DNA of 64,000 nt from Candidatus Latescibacterota bacterium (GCA_965219995.1 CBDCOX010000002.1:4512001-4576000), one strand, 5' to 3'. Positions 1 through 10,337 are shown, counted from the first letter of the stretch. Numbers and translations are program-made. The notes: generated by a model from the sequence alone, not told the origin.

Positions 1-1
1 C

Positions 2-808
2 AATACCGACATCCTGCCGGGAATCAATCTCGTGCGGAAGCTTTCCGACCGGTCCAATCTGAGGGCAGCCTATTCCCGCACCCTGGCGCGTCCCGATTTC
101 CGGGAACTGGCTCCCTTCGAATTTACCGACTTTGTAGGCGGCCGGGCGGTCGTGGGGGACACGTCGCTGACCCGTACCGTTGTCGACAACTACGATCTCC
201 GCTGGGAGAACTTCCCCAGACTGGGGGAGTTGGCGGCCTTCAGCGTTTTCTACAAGAAATTCCACGATCCCATCGAGCAGATCATCCAGCCCACCGCCCA
301 ACTCCGGGTCAGTTACGCAAATGCGGCGTCTGCCAGCAACTACGGCGTCGAATTCGAGTACCGGCGCAGGCTGGACGCCCTCGTTCCCGACCTTGAGAAA
401 TTCTCGGTAAGCGCAAACGTCACATTGGTCAGATCCAAGGTTGAAATCCACCCCGCCAGCGGGGTGCAGACCTCTTCCGAGCGGGCGCTGCAGGGCCAGT
501 CGCCATTCGTGGTGAACCTGATGCTCGGGTACGACAATAATGAAGCGGGCACGTCGGCGAATCTGCTTTACAACGTTGTCGGACGGCGAATCAGCGAAGT
601 AGGGGCCCAGAGACTGCCGGACGTCTTCGAACAGCCCCGCCACCAGGTCGATTTTACGTTCAAGCAGAGAATAACGCCGGTTGTGAGGCTCAATCTTTCC
701 GCGAAAAACCTGCTCGACTCGACCGTCCTCTACAAGCAGCAGGAGGAAGTTTTCACACGGTACAAAAGAGGTCGGTCCATCTCCCTCGGAATCGGCTACG
801 AACTCTAG
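2..808 (+). CDS. TonB-dependent receptor, C-terminal part (5' truncated by window)
   Basis: Frame open from the window edge; beta-barrel motifs YSRTLARPDFRELAPF, LQGQSP, NLSAKNLLD and terminal ISLGIGYEL. Confidence 0.9.
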   Translation, partial: NTDILPGINLVRKLSDRSNLRAAYSRTLARPDFRELAPFEFTDFVGGRAVVGDTSLTRTVVDNYDLRWENFPRLGELAAFSVFYKKFHDPIEQIIQPTAQLRVSYANAASASNYGVEFEYRRRLDALVPDLEKFSVSANVTLVRSKVEIHPASGVQTSSERALQGQSPFVVNLMLGYDNNEAGTSANLLYNVVGRRISEVGAQRLPDVFEQPRHQVDFTFKQRITPVVRLNLSAKNLLDSTVLYKQQEEVFTRYKRGRSISLGIGYEL

Positions 809-906
809 AGGCCGCCCGCCGAGGGGCGGGCTGACTGGCGTTCCATCCATCGCATTCACAGGGGATAGTCCCCAAGAGTAAACCTCAATCACCAAGGAGT
901 CGCGCT

Positions 907-2394
907 GTGAAGTTGACAACACGTTTTGCACTTTTCGTCGTCCTGACGCTGGGTTTTCCCGCCTTGCTTCAGGCGCAGACCATCTCCCCCGCCCGGGTCG
1001 ATTTCGACGGCGACGGCACGGTCGGGTTCGGAGATTTCGTTCTGTTCAGTCAGAACTTCCAATCAGACCATCCGATGTACGATCTGGGCGGTGACGGCGC
1101 GGTGGGTTTTCCCGATTTCGTCGCATTCGCGAGCGCTTTCGGTCAGACCGTCGCCCGGATGGAACGACCGGGAATGGTCTCGGGCAATATCACCTCGGAC
1201 GAGGTATGGACGTCGGACCGCGACTATCTGCTGTCCGGTCCGGTCTTCGTCCGGGACGGCGCCACGCTCATTGTCATGCCCGGCACGACGATCTATGGCG
1301 AGGGGGCAACCAACGGCACGCTGATCGTCGCGCAGGGCGGCAAACTCATCGCTGACGGAATCGCTCGAAACCCGATTGTGTTCACGAGCGATCAGTTCGA
1401 GGGCGAACGAGACAGGGGGCAGTGGGGCGGTCTGATTATCAACGGCCGTGCGCCGGTCAATACCGGTTTGCCCGCATACGGCGAGGGCGACACGGGTGAA
1501 TACGGCGGCACGGACCCGAAGGACAGCAGCGGCATCCTGCGGTACGTTCGCGTGGAGTTCGCGGGCATCGAGTTTTCTCCGGACAATGAGTTGAACGGCA
1601 TCGCGTTCCAGGGGGTGGGCTCCGGCACTGTGGTGGACTATGTGCAGGTGCACTTCAACCAGGACGACGGCATCGAGTTCTTCGGCGGGACGGTGAATGC
1701 GAAGCACCTGTATTGTACGGGGATCCGGGACGACTCGTTCGACTGGACGGACGGCTGGACGGGCAAGGGACAGTTCTGGGTGGCGCAGCAGCGCGGCGAC
1801 GACGCGGACAACGGGTTCGAAGCCGACAACAACGGCGACGACAACGAGGCCACACCGCGTTCGAACCCGACGATCTACAACGTGACGCTGGTAGGGGATC
1901 CGGACGGACCGGAAAGCGACACGGGTCTGCTGCTACGCGAGGGCACGGCGGCGACCCTGCGGAACTTCATCGTGATCGGGTTCAATGCGGGCGGCCTGGA
2001 CGTCGATACGGAATCCTCGATTACACTGGCAAACAACGGTGAATTGTCGGTTGGGAACTCGATTTTCTACAACAACGCGACGGATATGGACGAGCAGGGC
2101 ATGCGCACGATGGGCAATTTCAACACGGACGGCGACGGGATCGACGAGGGGACGTGGGCGATGATGTCGGGCTTCGACAACTCGGAGGCGGACCCGGATC
2201 TGCGGTCGCCGTATAGCCAGCGTTCGCCCAATTATCAGCCGTCTTCCTCTTCGCCGGCGGTGAACGGGGCGGTGCCCGTCGCGAGTCCGCCTTCGGACGG
2301 GTTCTTCGAAGCCGTGGACTTTATCGGCGCGATGAGCGCGGACGACGACTGGCTTGCCGGGTGGACCACCAGCGAACAACCCGCGGGAGAGTAG
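907..2394 (+). CDS. Secreted protein: dockerin-like EF-hand pair plus parallel beta-helix domain
   Basis: Signal peptide (..LLQA-Q); DFDGDGTVGFGDFVLF and DLGGDGAVGFPDFVAF repeats; PIVFTS..WGGLII, SGILRYVRVEFAG, DDGIEFFGG motifs; AAGGAG RBS before GTG. Confidence 0.75.
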   Translation: MKLTTRFALFVVLTLGFPALLQAQTISPARVDFDGDGTVGFGDFVLFSQNFQSDHPMYDLGGDGAVGFPDFVAFASAFGQTVARMERPGMVSGNITSDEVWTSDRDYLLSGPVFVRDGATLIVMPGTTIYGEGATNGTLIVAQGGKLIADGIARNPIVFTSDQFEGERDRGQWGGLIINGRAPVNTGLPAYGEGDTGEYGGTDPKDSSGILRYVRVEFAGIEFSPDNELNGIAFQGVGSGTVVDYVQVHFNQDDGIEFFGGTVNAKHLYCTGIRDDSFDWTDGWTGKGQFWVAQQRGDDADNGFEADNNGDDNEATPRSNPTIYNVTLVGDPDGPESDTGLLLREGTAATLRNFIVIGFNAGGLDVDTESSITLANNGELSVGNSIFYNNATDMDEQGMRTMGNFNTDGDGIDEGTWAMMSGFDNSEADPDLRSPYSQRSPNYQPSSSSPAVNGAVPVASPPSDGFFEAVDFIGAMSADDDWLAGWTTSEQPAGE

Positions 2395-2467
2395 ACACGA
2401 CTCTCCGGGCGGAAAGTTGAAAAAAGGGGGAGGAAACCTCGCTCCCATCTCGCTCCCCTCCCCCTTT

Positions 2468-2550
2468 GAAGCTGTCTTGAAAACCCGGCGGTTGTCGCTC
2501 GGATCCAAGAGCGCCGGCCGGGAACGCACCAGGGATTTTGAGACAGCTTC
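2468..2550. mobile_element. Miniature inverted-repeat (MITE-like) element
   Basis: 83-bp segment bounded by GAAGCTGTCTTGAAA and TTTTGAGACAGCTTC (13 of 15 complementary); no ORF inside. Confidence 0.5.
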
Positions 2551-2700
2551 CAGGAGACCGGACGGGCTCGAACGAAGCGTGACCGCTTCAGCGCCTGTTC
2601 GGTCTTTCTTGTCTTTTTTACCGGTTCAACGTATTATTCAGTTGGAGTTGCGATGTTTTTTTTCAATGGAGAAAGAAACGGCCGTCGAAGCTTTTTCTCA

Positions 2701-3171
2701 ATGACGAAGCGGATTTTCCGGGGCGCGCTCGCCGTCCTGCTGGCATCGGGTTGCGTCGACAGCAATGGGGATACGGACTCGCCGGAGGGGCTCGCACGCG
2801 CGGTCGTCGCCGCCCTCAACAAGGAAGACATCGCGGCGCTTCATGGCCTCCGGGTCCACAGGGAAGAATACCTCAAGAACATCCTGCCGGCATTTCCACC
2901 CATCAATTTCTCGCCGGAGTTCGCCTGGAACAACCTGAACAAGAGATCCATCATCGGCGTGAACAAATGGATCAGACGATACGGCGGAGAGAGTCTGAGT
3001 TTTGCCGGCATCCGCTTCGAGAAGCCGGAGGAACCCTATAAGGGACTGAAACTTCTGCGTGGAACCGTGTTGAGCGTGCGAACCCAGAGGGGCAAACACG
3101 TGGATCTGCGCATCCTCGGATCGGTGGTTCTCAGAGATGGCCGGTACAGGCTTCTGAGCTATGACGACTGA
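2701..3171 (+). CDS. Hypothetical lipoprotein
   Basis: MTKRIFRGALAVLLASGC lipobox; stop overlaps start of next gene. Confidence 0.65.
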   Translation: MTKRIFRGALAVLLASGCVDSNGDTDSPEGLARAVVAALNKEDIAALHGLRVHREEYLKNILPAFPPINFSPEFAWNNLNKRSIIGVNKWIRRYGGESLSFAGIRFEKPEEPYKGLKLLRGTVLSVRTQRGKHVDLRILGSVVLRDGRYRLLSYDD

Positions 3172-4153
3172 ACGAAATGCCTTCAGGGAAGCGCGAAACA
3201 GGCTGATGTCTCTGGGCATCGGCCTTCTGTTTATGGGGCATGTTTTCCCGCTCTGTGCGGCGGACTATGCCTCGGTGCGGACCCATGAGGGAAACAGCGC
3301 GCTTCCGGTTTCCCTAACCACGCTCGAACGTGAGCTTCTTGAGGACGTCCGCGACGGGCGCCTGGACCGGTTCGACCTGATCGAAGCCGGCCTGATCGCA
3401 TCGGGGGCCACCGACCCCGTTCTTCTCTCCCGGTACAAGCGGCGCTTCAGCCACCTTCAACAGCACGCCCTGCTTTCCATTCCCTATCTCATGCACACCG
3501 AACAGATGGCCGCCGAGTTGTTTCACTATCTTCACCGATACGTCCTCAGGCAGTTCGATACCCGTCCGGTCACCGTGATCAACCTGCTGTCCGACGGCCG
3601 CTACAACTGCATTACGGCCTCGTGGCTGTACATCGCGCTGGCGCAACGGTACGACCTGCCCGCAACGGTGATCAAGACCCCGATGCATGCGTACGTGCGA
3701 CTGGAAACCCGTCCGCCCATTCCCATCGAAATGACCGTGCCCGTTGGCGGCGTCGACCACGCGCAGACCCGTGAGCAGGTCATTCAGACCCTTCTGGATG
3801 CGGGGCTGGTCGATCCATCGCAGATTGAATCACACGGGGCCGACGATCTTTTTCTCGAATACCAGCGTCACCAGTTTCCGCTGGAACCGGTCCAGATCCT
3901 TTCCGTACTTTTCTACAACAGCGCGCTGCACGCGTTCGAACGGGGCGACCCGCACCTGGCGTTCCGAAATGCCCTCGGAGCTCAGCTTTCTCATCCGGAA
4001 GACAGACAATATCAACAGCTTACATTCGATATGGGTCTGGCCTACGCCACCTTTCTCCGTCAGCGGGGCGACCACGACGGCGAGAGCGGAATCGTCACCT
4101 ATCTTCGCGGTATGAAGCAGCTGTTCGCGTCGAACGTTCCCGTCGGGTTCTGA
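3161..4153 (+). CDS. Transglutaminase-like/SirB1-like protein with helical TPR-like C-terminus
   Basis: GRYNCITASWLY...PMHAYVRL Cys/His motif; hydrophobic N-terminal signal. Confidence 0.6.
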   Translation: MTTERNAFREARNRLMSLGIGLLFMGHVFPLCAADYASVRTHEGNSALPVSLTTLERELLEDVRDGRLDRFDLIEAGLIASGATDPVLLSRYKRRFSHLQQHALLSIPYLMHTEQMAAELFHYLHRYVLRQFDTRPVTVINLLSDGRYNCITASWLYIALAQRYDLPATVIKTPMHAYVRLETRPPIPIEMTVPVGGVDHAQTREQVIQTLLDAGLVDPSQIESHGADDLFLEYQRHQFPLEPVQILSVLFYNSALHAFERGDPHLAFRNALGAQLSHPEDRQYQQLTFDMGLAYATFLRQRGDHDGESGIVTYLRGMKQLFASNVPVGF

Positions 4154-4166
4154 TGGACATCATGCG

Positions 4167-5702
4167 ATGAAAAGCAAGGTATCCGCACTGCGTCTTCCCG
4201 CATCGGTCGACCCAATCAACGTATGGGGGAACGCCGTCGGTTCCCATACCTGCGTACCGACAGACGATACCGTGCACAATCAGACGTTCCTCGACACGTT
4301 CGATTGGCGCCTGTTCAATAGAAACCTGGTGCTGATGAAGGAACAGGAACGCTACCTTCTCTACAGCCTGCCGGACCGTGAAACCGTCGCGTCGCTCGGC
4401 ATGCCGCGCGGGTCCGAACCGGTGTTCAGCACGGATTTTCCCGAGGGACCCCTGAAGAAGGTCCTGCATGCACACGTGAGCGTACGGGCGCTGTTGCCCC
4501 TCGCGCGCGCCACGACGCGCCGGCAGACCTTGCGTGTACGCAACAGCAACGAAAAAACCGTCCTGATCGCAACGATTGAACAAGCGCGGTTGACCGACGC
4601 CGTGCGAGACGGACAACCGATCAACACCGTCGTGCTGCGGTCGATCCGGGGATATGAGAAGCATCTGCGTAGACTAAACCGTTCGCTGCTGGACGCTGGC
4701 GCCCAACCTCAGACCGAAGACCTGTTCCACGCCGCCATGCGGGCATCCGGGAGGGAACCGGGAGGCTACACCTCAAAGCTCAACGTCGTTCTGGAACCCA
4801 ACCTTACCGGCGCGGAGGCCGTCAAGCGGATTCTGGAGCACCTGTTCAGAACGATCAGGTGTAATGAAGCGGGCATAAAGGATGACGTCGATACGGAGTT
4901 TCTGCACGATTTCAGGGTGGGAATCCGGCGGACGCGTTCAGCCCTCAGCCAGATCAAATCCGTACTTCCCGATGGTCGGGTTGCCCGTTTCCGGAAGGAC
5001 TTTTCCTATCTCGGAAAACTCACCAACCGACTGCGCGACCTGGACGTCGCCCTGTTGAAGCGGGACGCGTACCGGTCTCTCCTGCCAGGATATCTGCGGC
5101 CTCGACTGGACCCCCTCTTCGAATCGCTCCGGGCGGAACGTACGGGCGAACACCGGCGTCTCGCCGCCGCCCTGGACGGCGACAGGTACCTGAAATTCGC
5201 CGCGGACTGGGAGGCGTTTCTGAAATGCCCGCCGGAGTTCCCATCGCCGAGCAATGCCGAAGCGCCGGCGGTCGGCCTGGCGCGGAGATTCATTGGCAAG
5301 AGATACGGCCGCGTGATCGAATTGGGGACCGCAATCGACGCGCCCACACCCGACGCTGAACTGCACCGGCTTCGGATCGAGTGCAAGAAATTGCGCTATC
5401 TCCTGGAGTTTTTCTCGTCGCTTTACCCAACTCAAGAAGTCCGGCTGATTGTCGAGCGCCTCAAGAGCCTGCAGGACAATCTGGGTGACTTCAACGACCT
5501 CTCCGTCCAGCAGGCCGACCTGAAGTCGTACCTGAAAGCGTTGCCCGCGGAGGGGACTCACCCGGAAACCTTTGCCGCCGTCGGCGGTCTGATCGGATGC
5601 CTGTACCGCGAGCAGCAGACCGTCCGCGCGGCCTATTCGAAGACATTTATGCGGTTCAATCAGGCGGAGGTCGCCGCCACCCTCCGACGCCTGTTCGCCT
5701 GA
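4167..5702 (+). CDS. CHAD domain protein (polyphosphate-binding) with degenerate CYTH-like N-terminus
   Basis: EFLHDFRVGIRRTRSAL, RLRDLDV, LHRLRIECKKLRYLLEFF, LQDNLGDFND; N-terminal FLDTFDWRL. Confidence 0.9.
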   Translation: MKSKVSALRLPASVDPINVWGNAVGSHTCVPTDDTVHNQTFLDTFDWRLFNRNLVLMKEQERYLLYSLPDRETVASLGMPRGSEPVFSTDFPEGPLKKVLHAHVSVRALLPLARATTRRQTLRVRNSNEKTVLIATIEQARLTDAVRDGQPINTVVLRSIRGYEKHLRRLNRSLLDAGAQPQTEDLFHAAMRASGREPGGYTSKLNVVLEPNLTGAEAVKRILEHLFRTIRCNEAGIKDDVDTEFLHDFRVGIRRTRSALSQIKSVLPDGRVARFRKDFSYLGKLTNRLRDLDVALLKRDAYRSLLPGYLRPRLDPLFESLRAERTGEHRRLAAALDGDRYLKFAADWEAFLKCPPEFPSPSNAEAPAVGLARRFIGKRYGRVIELGTAIDAPTPDAELHRLRIECKKLRYLLEFFSSLYPTQEVRLIVERLKSLQDNLGDFNDLSVQQADLKSYLKALPAEGTHPETFAAVGGLIGCLYREQQTVRAAYSKTFMRFNQAEVAATLRRLFA

Positions 5703-5720
5703 AGACGGAAAGCACATTCC

Positions 5721-6470
5721 ATGGCTACAGTGGCCCTGTACAACATCAAGGGCGGGGTGGGGAAGACCGCCGCCGCGGTGAATCTGGCCTACCTCGCCGC
5801 GCGCGACGGCGCGCAGACCATTCTGTTCGATCTGGACCCGCAGGGATCGGCAGCATTCTACTTTCGCATCAAACCCTCAAGGAAACTTCCGGGTCGAAAA
5901 TTTCTGCGAGGAGGGCGCAGGGTAGAGAAGCGCATCCGAGGGACCGACTACGAAAATCTGGACCTGCTGCCGTCCAACCTGTCGTTCCGAAACCTGGACA
6001 CGACGCTGAGTAAACTGAAGGCCTCCTCAAAACGGCTCCATCGCATTCTGAAACCGTACCGCAAGACATACGACTTCATCTTTCTCGACTGTCCGCCTGG
6101 CATAGGCCTGGTATCGGAAAATATGCTCTTTGCCTCCGACGTCGTTCTGGTTCCCTGTATACCGACGACGTTGTCCATGCGTACCTGTGACCAGCTGGTA
6201 CGTTTCTTCGATTCCAGAGGCCGGGACGTCTCCCGGATCTACCCGTTCTTCGCGATGGTGGAGAAACGGAAACGCATGCACAGCGAAATTCTGGCGACCG
6301 GCGGAGACCCCGAACAGCGGTTTCTGAAGACCCGGATTCCCTACGCGTCGGAAGTCGAGAAAATGGGTATCCACCGGGAACCGGTCCCATGTTTCGCGCC
6401 CGGTTCGCCCGCCGCAGACGCGTATCAGAACCTTTGGGATGAACTCAAGGGGATCGTGCCGAGACGCTGA
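5721..6470 (+). CDS. ParA/MinD family ATPase (orphan)
   Basis: Deviant Walker A KGGVGKT, DLDPQG, Walker B FIFLDCPP. Confidence 0.92.
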   Translation: MATVALYNIKGGVGKTAAAVNLAYLAARDGAQTILFDLDPQGSAAFYFRIKPSRKLPGRKFLRGGRRVEKRIRGTDYENLDLLPSNLSFRNLDTTLSKLKASSKRLHRILKPYRKTYDFIFLDCPPGIGLVSENMLFASDVVLVPCIPTTLSMRTCDQLVRFFDSRGRDVSRIYPFFAMVEKRKRMHSEILATGGDPEQRFLKTRIPYASEVEKMGIHREPVPCFAPGSPAADAYQNLWDELKGIVPRR

Positions 6471-6607
6471 CGGGCGACGACTCTGTCCGTCAAATCCCCG
6501 TACCGTAATGACTTGCGAGCCTGAAACCGATTGACTGAGGCATTGCTGTGGATTATCTTGGCGCTGTATAGACCTCGATCACGCGGGTACACCACGAGAA
6601 GTGCGGC

Positions 6608-8716
6608 ATGAATCTGGACGATCCAACACTGTATACCAACCGGGAAATCTCCTGGCTTCGCTTTAATGAACGCGTCCTCGAGGAAGCCCGCGACCCCGGG
6701 AACCCCTTGTTGGAGCGGGTGAAGTTTCTCGCCATCGTGGCCAACAATCTGGACGAGTTTTTCGAGATTCGCGTTGCCGGGCTGCTCCAGCAAATGGAAG
6801 CCGGCGTACCCGACGCCGGCCCCGACGGGCTGTTACCCGAAGAATTGTTCGAAGCCGTTTCCCGGGAAGCCCATCGGATGGTCGACGAGCAATATGCCTG
6901 CTGGAACGAAGAGCTGCTGCCCGCGCTGAAAGAGGCCGACGTGCATATCCGCTCGGCGCAGGATCTCAGCACCGCGGAACAGGCATTCGTCCGCGACTAC
7001 TGGCTTGGCGAACTCCATCCTGTTCTGACGCCGCTCACCGTCAATCCGGCCCATCCCTTTCCCCGAGTGGTGAACAAATCGCTTTGCCTGGCCGTACTGC
7101 TCAGGGACAGCGAAGGCGACACACTGTTCGGTGTGGTTACGGTTCCGCGCCTGCTGCCGCGTCTCATCCGCCTGCCCAGGGAAGACGAAGGCCGGCGTGT
7201 GGATTACGTGTTTCTGGCCGACCTCGTGAGGGCGCACATCCCGGAATTGTACCGGGGATATGAAATCCTGGGCACGGCCCCGTTTCGCATCACGCGCAAC
7301 AGCGACCTCTATCTCGACGAGGAAGAAGCCGACGACCTGCTCCTGGCCATCGAAGACGAACTCAAACGCAGGCGCAAGGGGGATACCGTCCGATTGGAAA
7401 TCGACGCGGCCGCGCCAAAACAGATCGTACGTCGACTTCGGGCGATGTACGATCTGGGCGAAAAACAGGTTTACCGGGTGAACGGTCCGGTCAATCTCAA
7501 CCGTCTGATGATGCTCTACGGTGCGACGCGGCGACCGGACCTGAAGGACCCGCCGTACCATCCTGCGGAATACCCGTTCGCCGAAGACCTCGACCAGCTT
7601 TTCGCCGAGATCCGGCAACGGGATATTCTGCTGCATCACCCATACGACTCGTTTCAACCGGTCGTCCAGTTTGTCCAGTCGGCGGCGAGGGACCCGGACG
7701 TCCTGGCCATCAAACAGACGCTGTATCGCACAACCGAGGACTCGCCGATCATGGATGCGTTACTCAAGGCGGCCGAGGCGGGCAAAGAGGTCACCGTCAT
7801 CGTGGAACTCAAGGCCCGCTTCGATGAAGCATCCAACATCCGGTGGGCGCGGCAACTCCAGGATGCCGGAGTATACGTCGCCTACGGCGTAGTGGGCCTG
7901 AAGACCCACTGCAAATTGTCCATGCTGGTCAGGCGCGAAGCCGGGGGCCTCCGCCGCTACGCCCACATCGGCACCGGTAACTACAACCCGTCAACGGCGC
8001 GCGTCTATACGGATCTGGGTCTGATGACAACCAGGGAGGACATCACCAGCGACGTCGCCGAAGTCTTCAATCTCCTGACGACGCAATCCGACCGTCCGGA
8101 AGTCAGAAAACTGCTGGTTGCGCCGTTCAATATGATGGACTGCCTCCTTGGCAAAATCGATCGTGAGATCGAACATGCCAAGAGCGGACGGCCCGCCCGC
8201 ATCGTTTGCAAGATGAACTCCCTCCAGGACGAAAAGGTGGCCAAAGCGCTATACAAGGCGTCCCGGAACGGCGTGGACGTCGACCTGATCGTCCGCGGGA
8301 TCTGCTGTATCCGTCCGGGGATTCCCGGTGTCAGCGACCGCATTCGCGTCAGGAGCATTGTCGGCAGATACCTCGAGCACAGCCGCATATACATGTTTCA
8401 GAACGGATCCGATCCCGAGATTTACACCGGGAGCGCGGACTGGATGCCCCGCAATCTCCGCCGCCGCGTTGAGATTCTCTGTCCCATCGAAGACCCGGTA
8501 CTTGTCCGGCGAATTCAATCCGAGATTCTGTCTCCCTGCCTGGCGGACAACCTCAAGGCCCGCGAACTCCTTCCGGACGGCGACCATCGTCGCATCGGGC
8601 CGTCAAACGGCAGACCGGCTCTTTCATCGCAGGAGGTGATGATGGGCCTCGCCCGTGGAGAAACCATCGACATTCCGGATTTTTTCGCCGGCAACGGTCT
8701 GCAGCCGGATTCATAA
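6608..8716 (+). CDS. ppk1: Polyphosphate kinase 1
   Basis: NREISWLRFNERVL, LHHPYDSF, ELKARFDE, LKTHCK, GTGNYN, RYLEHSR, SADWMPRN. Confidence 0.97.
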   Translation: MNLDDPTLYTNREISWLRFNERVLEEARDPGNPLLERVKFLAIVANNLDEFFEIRVAGLLQQMEAGVPDAGPDGLLPEELFEAVSREAHRMVDEQYACWNEELLPALKEADVHIRSAQDLSTAEQAFVRDYWLGELHPVLTPLTVNPAHPFPRVVNKSLCLAVLLRDSEGDTLFGVVTVPRLLPRLIRLPREDEGRRVDYVFLADLVRAHIPELYRGYEILGTAPFRITRNSDLYLDEEEADDLLLAIEDELKRRRKGDTVRLEIDAAAPKQIVRRLRAMYDLGEKQVYRVNGPVNLNRLMMLYGATRRPDLKDPPYHPAEYPFAEDLDQLFAEIRQRDILLHHPYDSFQPVVQFVQSAARDPDVLAIKQTLYRTTEDSPIMDALLKAAEAGKEVTVIVELKARFDEASNIRWARQLQDAGVYVAYGVVGLKTHCKLSMLVRREAGGLRRYAHIGTGNYNPSTARVYTDLGLMTTREDITSDVAEVFNLLTTQSDRPEVRKLLVAPFNMMDCLLGKIDREIEHAKSGRPARIVCKMNSLQDEKVAKALYKASRNGVDVDLIVRGICCIRPGIPGVSDRIRVRSIVGRYLEHSRIYMFQNGSDPEIYTGSADWMPRNLRRRVEILCPIEDPVLVRRIQSEILSPCLADNLKARELLPDGDHRRIGPSNGRPALSSQEVMMGLARGETIDIPDFFAGNGLQPDS

Positions 8717-8759
8717 AAAGGACGGAGAACTTACCATCCGTCCTCCGTCTTCCTTTTTT
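8715..8759. terminator. Probable bidirectional intrinsic terminator between ppk1 and phoR
   Basis: AAAAAGGACGGA...TCCGTCCT stem with A-tract before and T-tract after; converging genes. Confidence 0.55.
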
Positions 8760-8780
8760 CCGGTCGAAATTGATGTACGG

Positions 8781-10334
8781 CTATGCGGACTGAAGCGTAA
8801 AGCCAAAGGTGGAACCCGCTCCCAGTACGCTCGTCGCGTAGACCCGTTCCCCGTGGGCCTCAACGATATGCCGGACAATCGAAAGTCCCAGTCCGGTTCC
8901 ACCCTGTCTTCTGGATCGCCCCGCATCCACCCGGTAGAACCTCTCGAAAACCCTCGGCAGCGAGTCGGAAGCGATCCCGATGCCCGTATCTGTAACCTCG
9001 AGTGCAAACCGTTCGCCCGTAGCGCCCGGCACTGAGGCCTCATCCGTGTTGCCGGGATGAGCCGCCAGCACAACGTTCGGTGCGTTCGCCGCGTCCGTAC
9101 CCGCGAAAATTTCCTCCGACATAAGCCGCCTTCCGGCCACCCGCACCTGCCCGCCCCGGGTTGTGTATTTGACGGCGTTGTCGAGCAGGTTGACCACGGC
9201 CTGCTCGATCAGATTCGGGTCGCCGTGGACCACCGGTTCGTCCTGAATCGAGATTTCAACGACGATGTCATTTGCTTCGGCCTGACTCCGGATTGAATCG
9301 TACGCCCTGTCCACCACCCGTCGAATCGCGAAATCCTCGATTTCAATCGGCGGCGTGTCGGACTGCAGCCGCGAGAGATCGAGCAGATCGTCCAGCAGCA
9401 CCTGGAGCCGGTCCGAATGCGTGCGGATGGTCTGCAAGAATCGATCGGCGGTGCCGCGGTCCTCGAGCGCGCCCTCGGCAAGCGTATCCGCACACCCCTT
9501 GATCGCCGTGAGCGGCGTTCGTATTTCGTGGGATACATTGGCCACGAAATCCTTGCGCGCCCGCTCCAGCCGATGCAATTCGGTCGTGTCGTGGAAAACC
9601 GCCGCCACACCCATCCCAACGTTCTCCCGACGGATCGGTGCCACGTGCACGTCGAAGTGTCGTTCGGGAAGACCGGACGCCGTCATGGTCCGCGTCAGGG
9701 TCTCGCCGGTTTTCAGGGTGTGTTCGATGGCTTCCTGAACCCTTACGTCGCGGATCATTTCCACCTGCGGACGGCCTTCCGAGGGGGACGTCACGCCGAA
9801 GAGCCGGTCGAACGTGTGGTTTGTGAGGAGAACGCGGCCGTCGTGCCCCGTGACGAGGATGCCGACGGTGATGTCCGCGAGAATCGCCTCAAGCCGTGAC
9901 TTTTCACCGAGGATGTCCGCGGTGTGCTCCTGGATCTGCCGCCGCGCGGACGCCAGAGACGTTGCCAGATCGGTGATTTCCGGGGGAGAGGCGATGAAAG
10001 GCGGCTCACGAGCGTAATCGCCGCCGGCCATGGCACGCGAGAATTCCGTCAATTTCCGTATCGGTTGTAATACGGAACGTGAGAAGATGGCGGCCAGCAC
10101 CAACGCCATGGTCAGCCCCAGCGCGGCGGCAAGCAGGACGGCCGGATTGACACGCTCCTGCAGGCGACCCGCGTGCTCCACCGTCACGAGCGGGAAGGGT
10201 TCCCCAGTGATCGCGTCTGTGCCTTGCGTCACCGGGGTATCCTGTATCGTACCCGTCAGGGTAACATGCACGGCCGCCAGGGTCGTCACGACGACGGCCG
10301 CGCAAATCAACGACAACCGCCAGTGCAATTTCAT
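8781..10334 (-). CDS. phoR: PhoR-like sensor histidine kinase (2 TM, HAMP, PAS, HisKA, HATPase)
   Basis: RKDFVANVSHEIRTPLT H-box, NLLDNAVKY, DTGIGI, FERFYRVD..RSR..GGTGLGLSIV. Confidence 0.85.
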   Translation of the reverse strand: MKLHWRLSLICAAVVVTTLAAVHVTLTGTIQDTPVTQGTDAITGEPFPLVTVEHAGRLQERVNPAVLLAAALGLTMALVLAAIFSRSVLQPIRKLTEFSRAMAGGDYAREPPFIASPPEITDLATSLASARRQIQEHTADILGEKSRLEAILADITVGILVTGHDGRVLLTNHTFDRLFGVTSPSEGRPQVEMIRDVRVQEAIEHTLKTGETLTRTMTASGLPERHFDVHVAPIRRENVGMGVAAVFHDTTELHRLERARKDFVANVSHEIRTPLTAIKGCADTLAEGALEDRGTADRFLQTIRTHSDRLQVLLDDLLDLSRLQSDTPPIEIEDFAIRRVVDRAYDSIRSQAEANDIVVEISIQDEPVVHGDPNLIEQAVVNLLDNAVKYTTRGGQVRVAGRRLMSEEIFAGTDAANAPNVVLAAHPGNTDEASVPGATGERFALEVTDTGIGIASDSLPRVFERFYRVDAGRSRRQGGTGLGLSIVRHIVEAHGERVYATSVLGAGSTFGFTLQSA

Positions 10335-10337
10335 CTC

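Noticed and set aside
5721-6470. Plasmid or chromosome partition locus
   Set aside because: No parB, parS or replication gene nearby; the context is polyphosphate metabolism.
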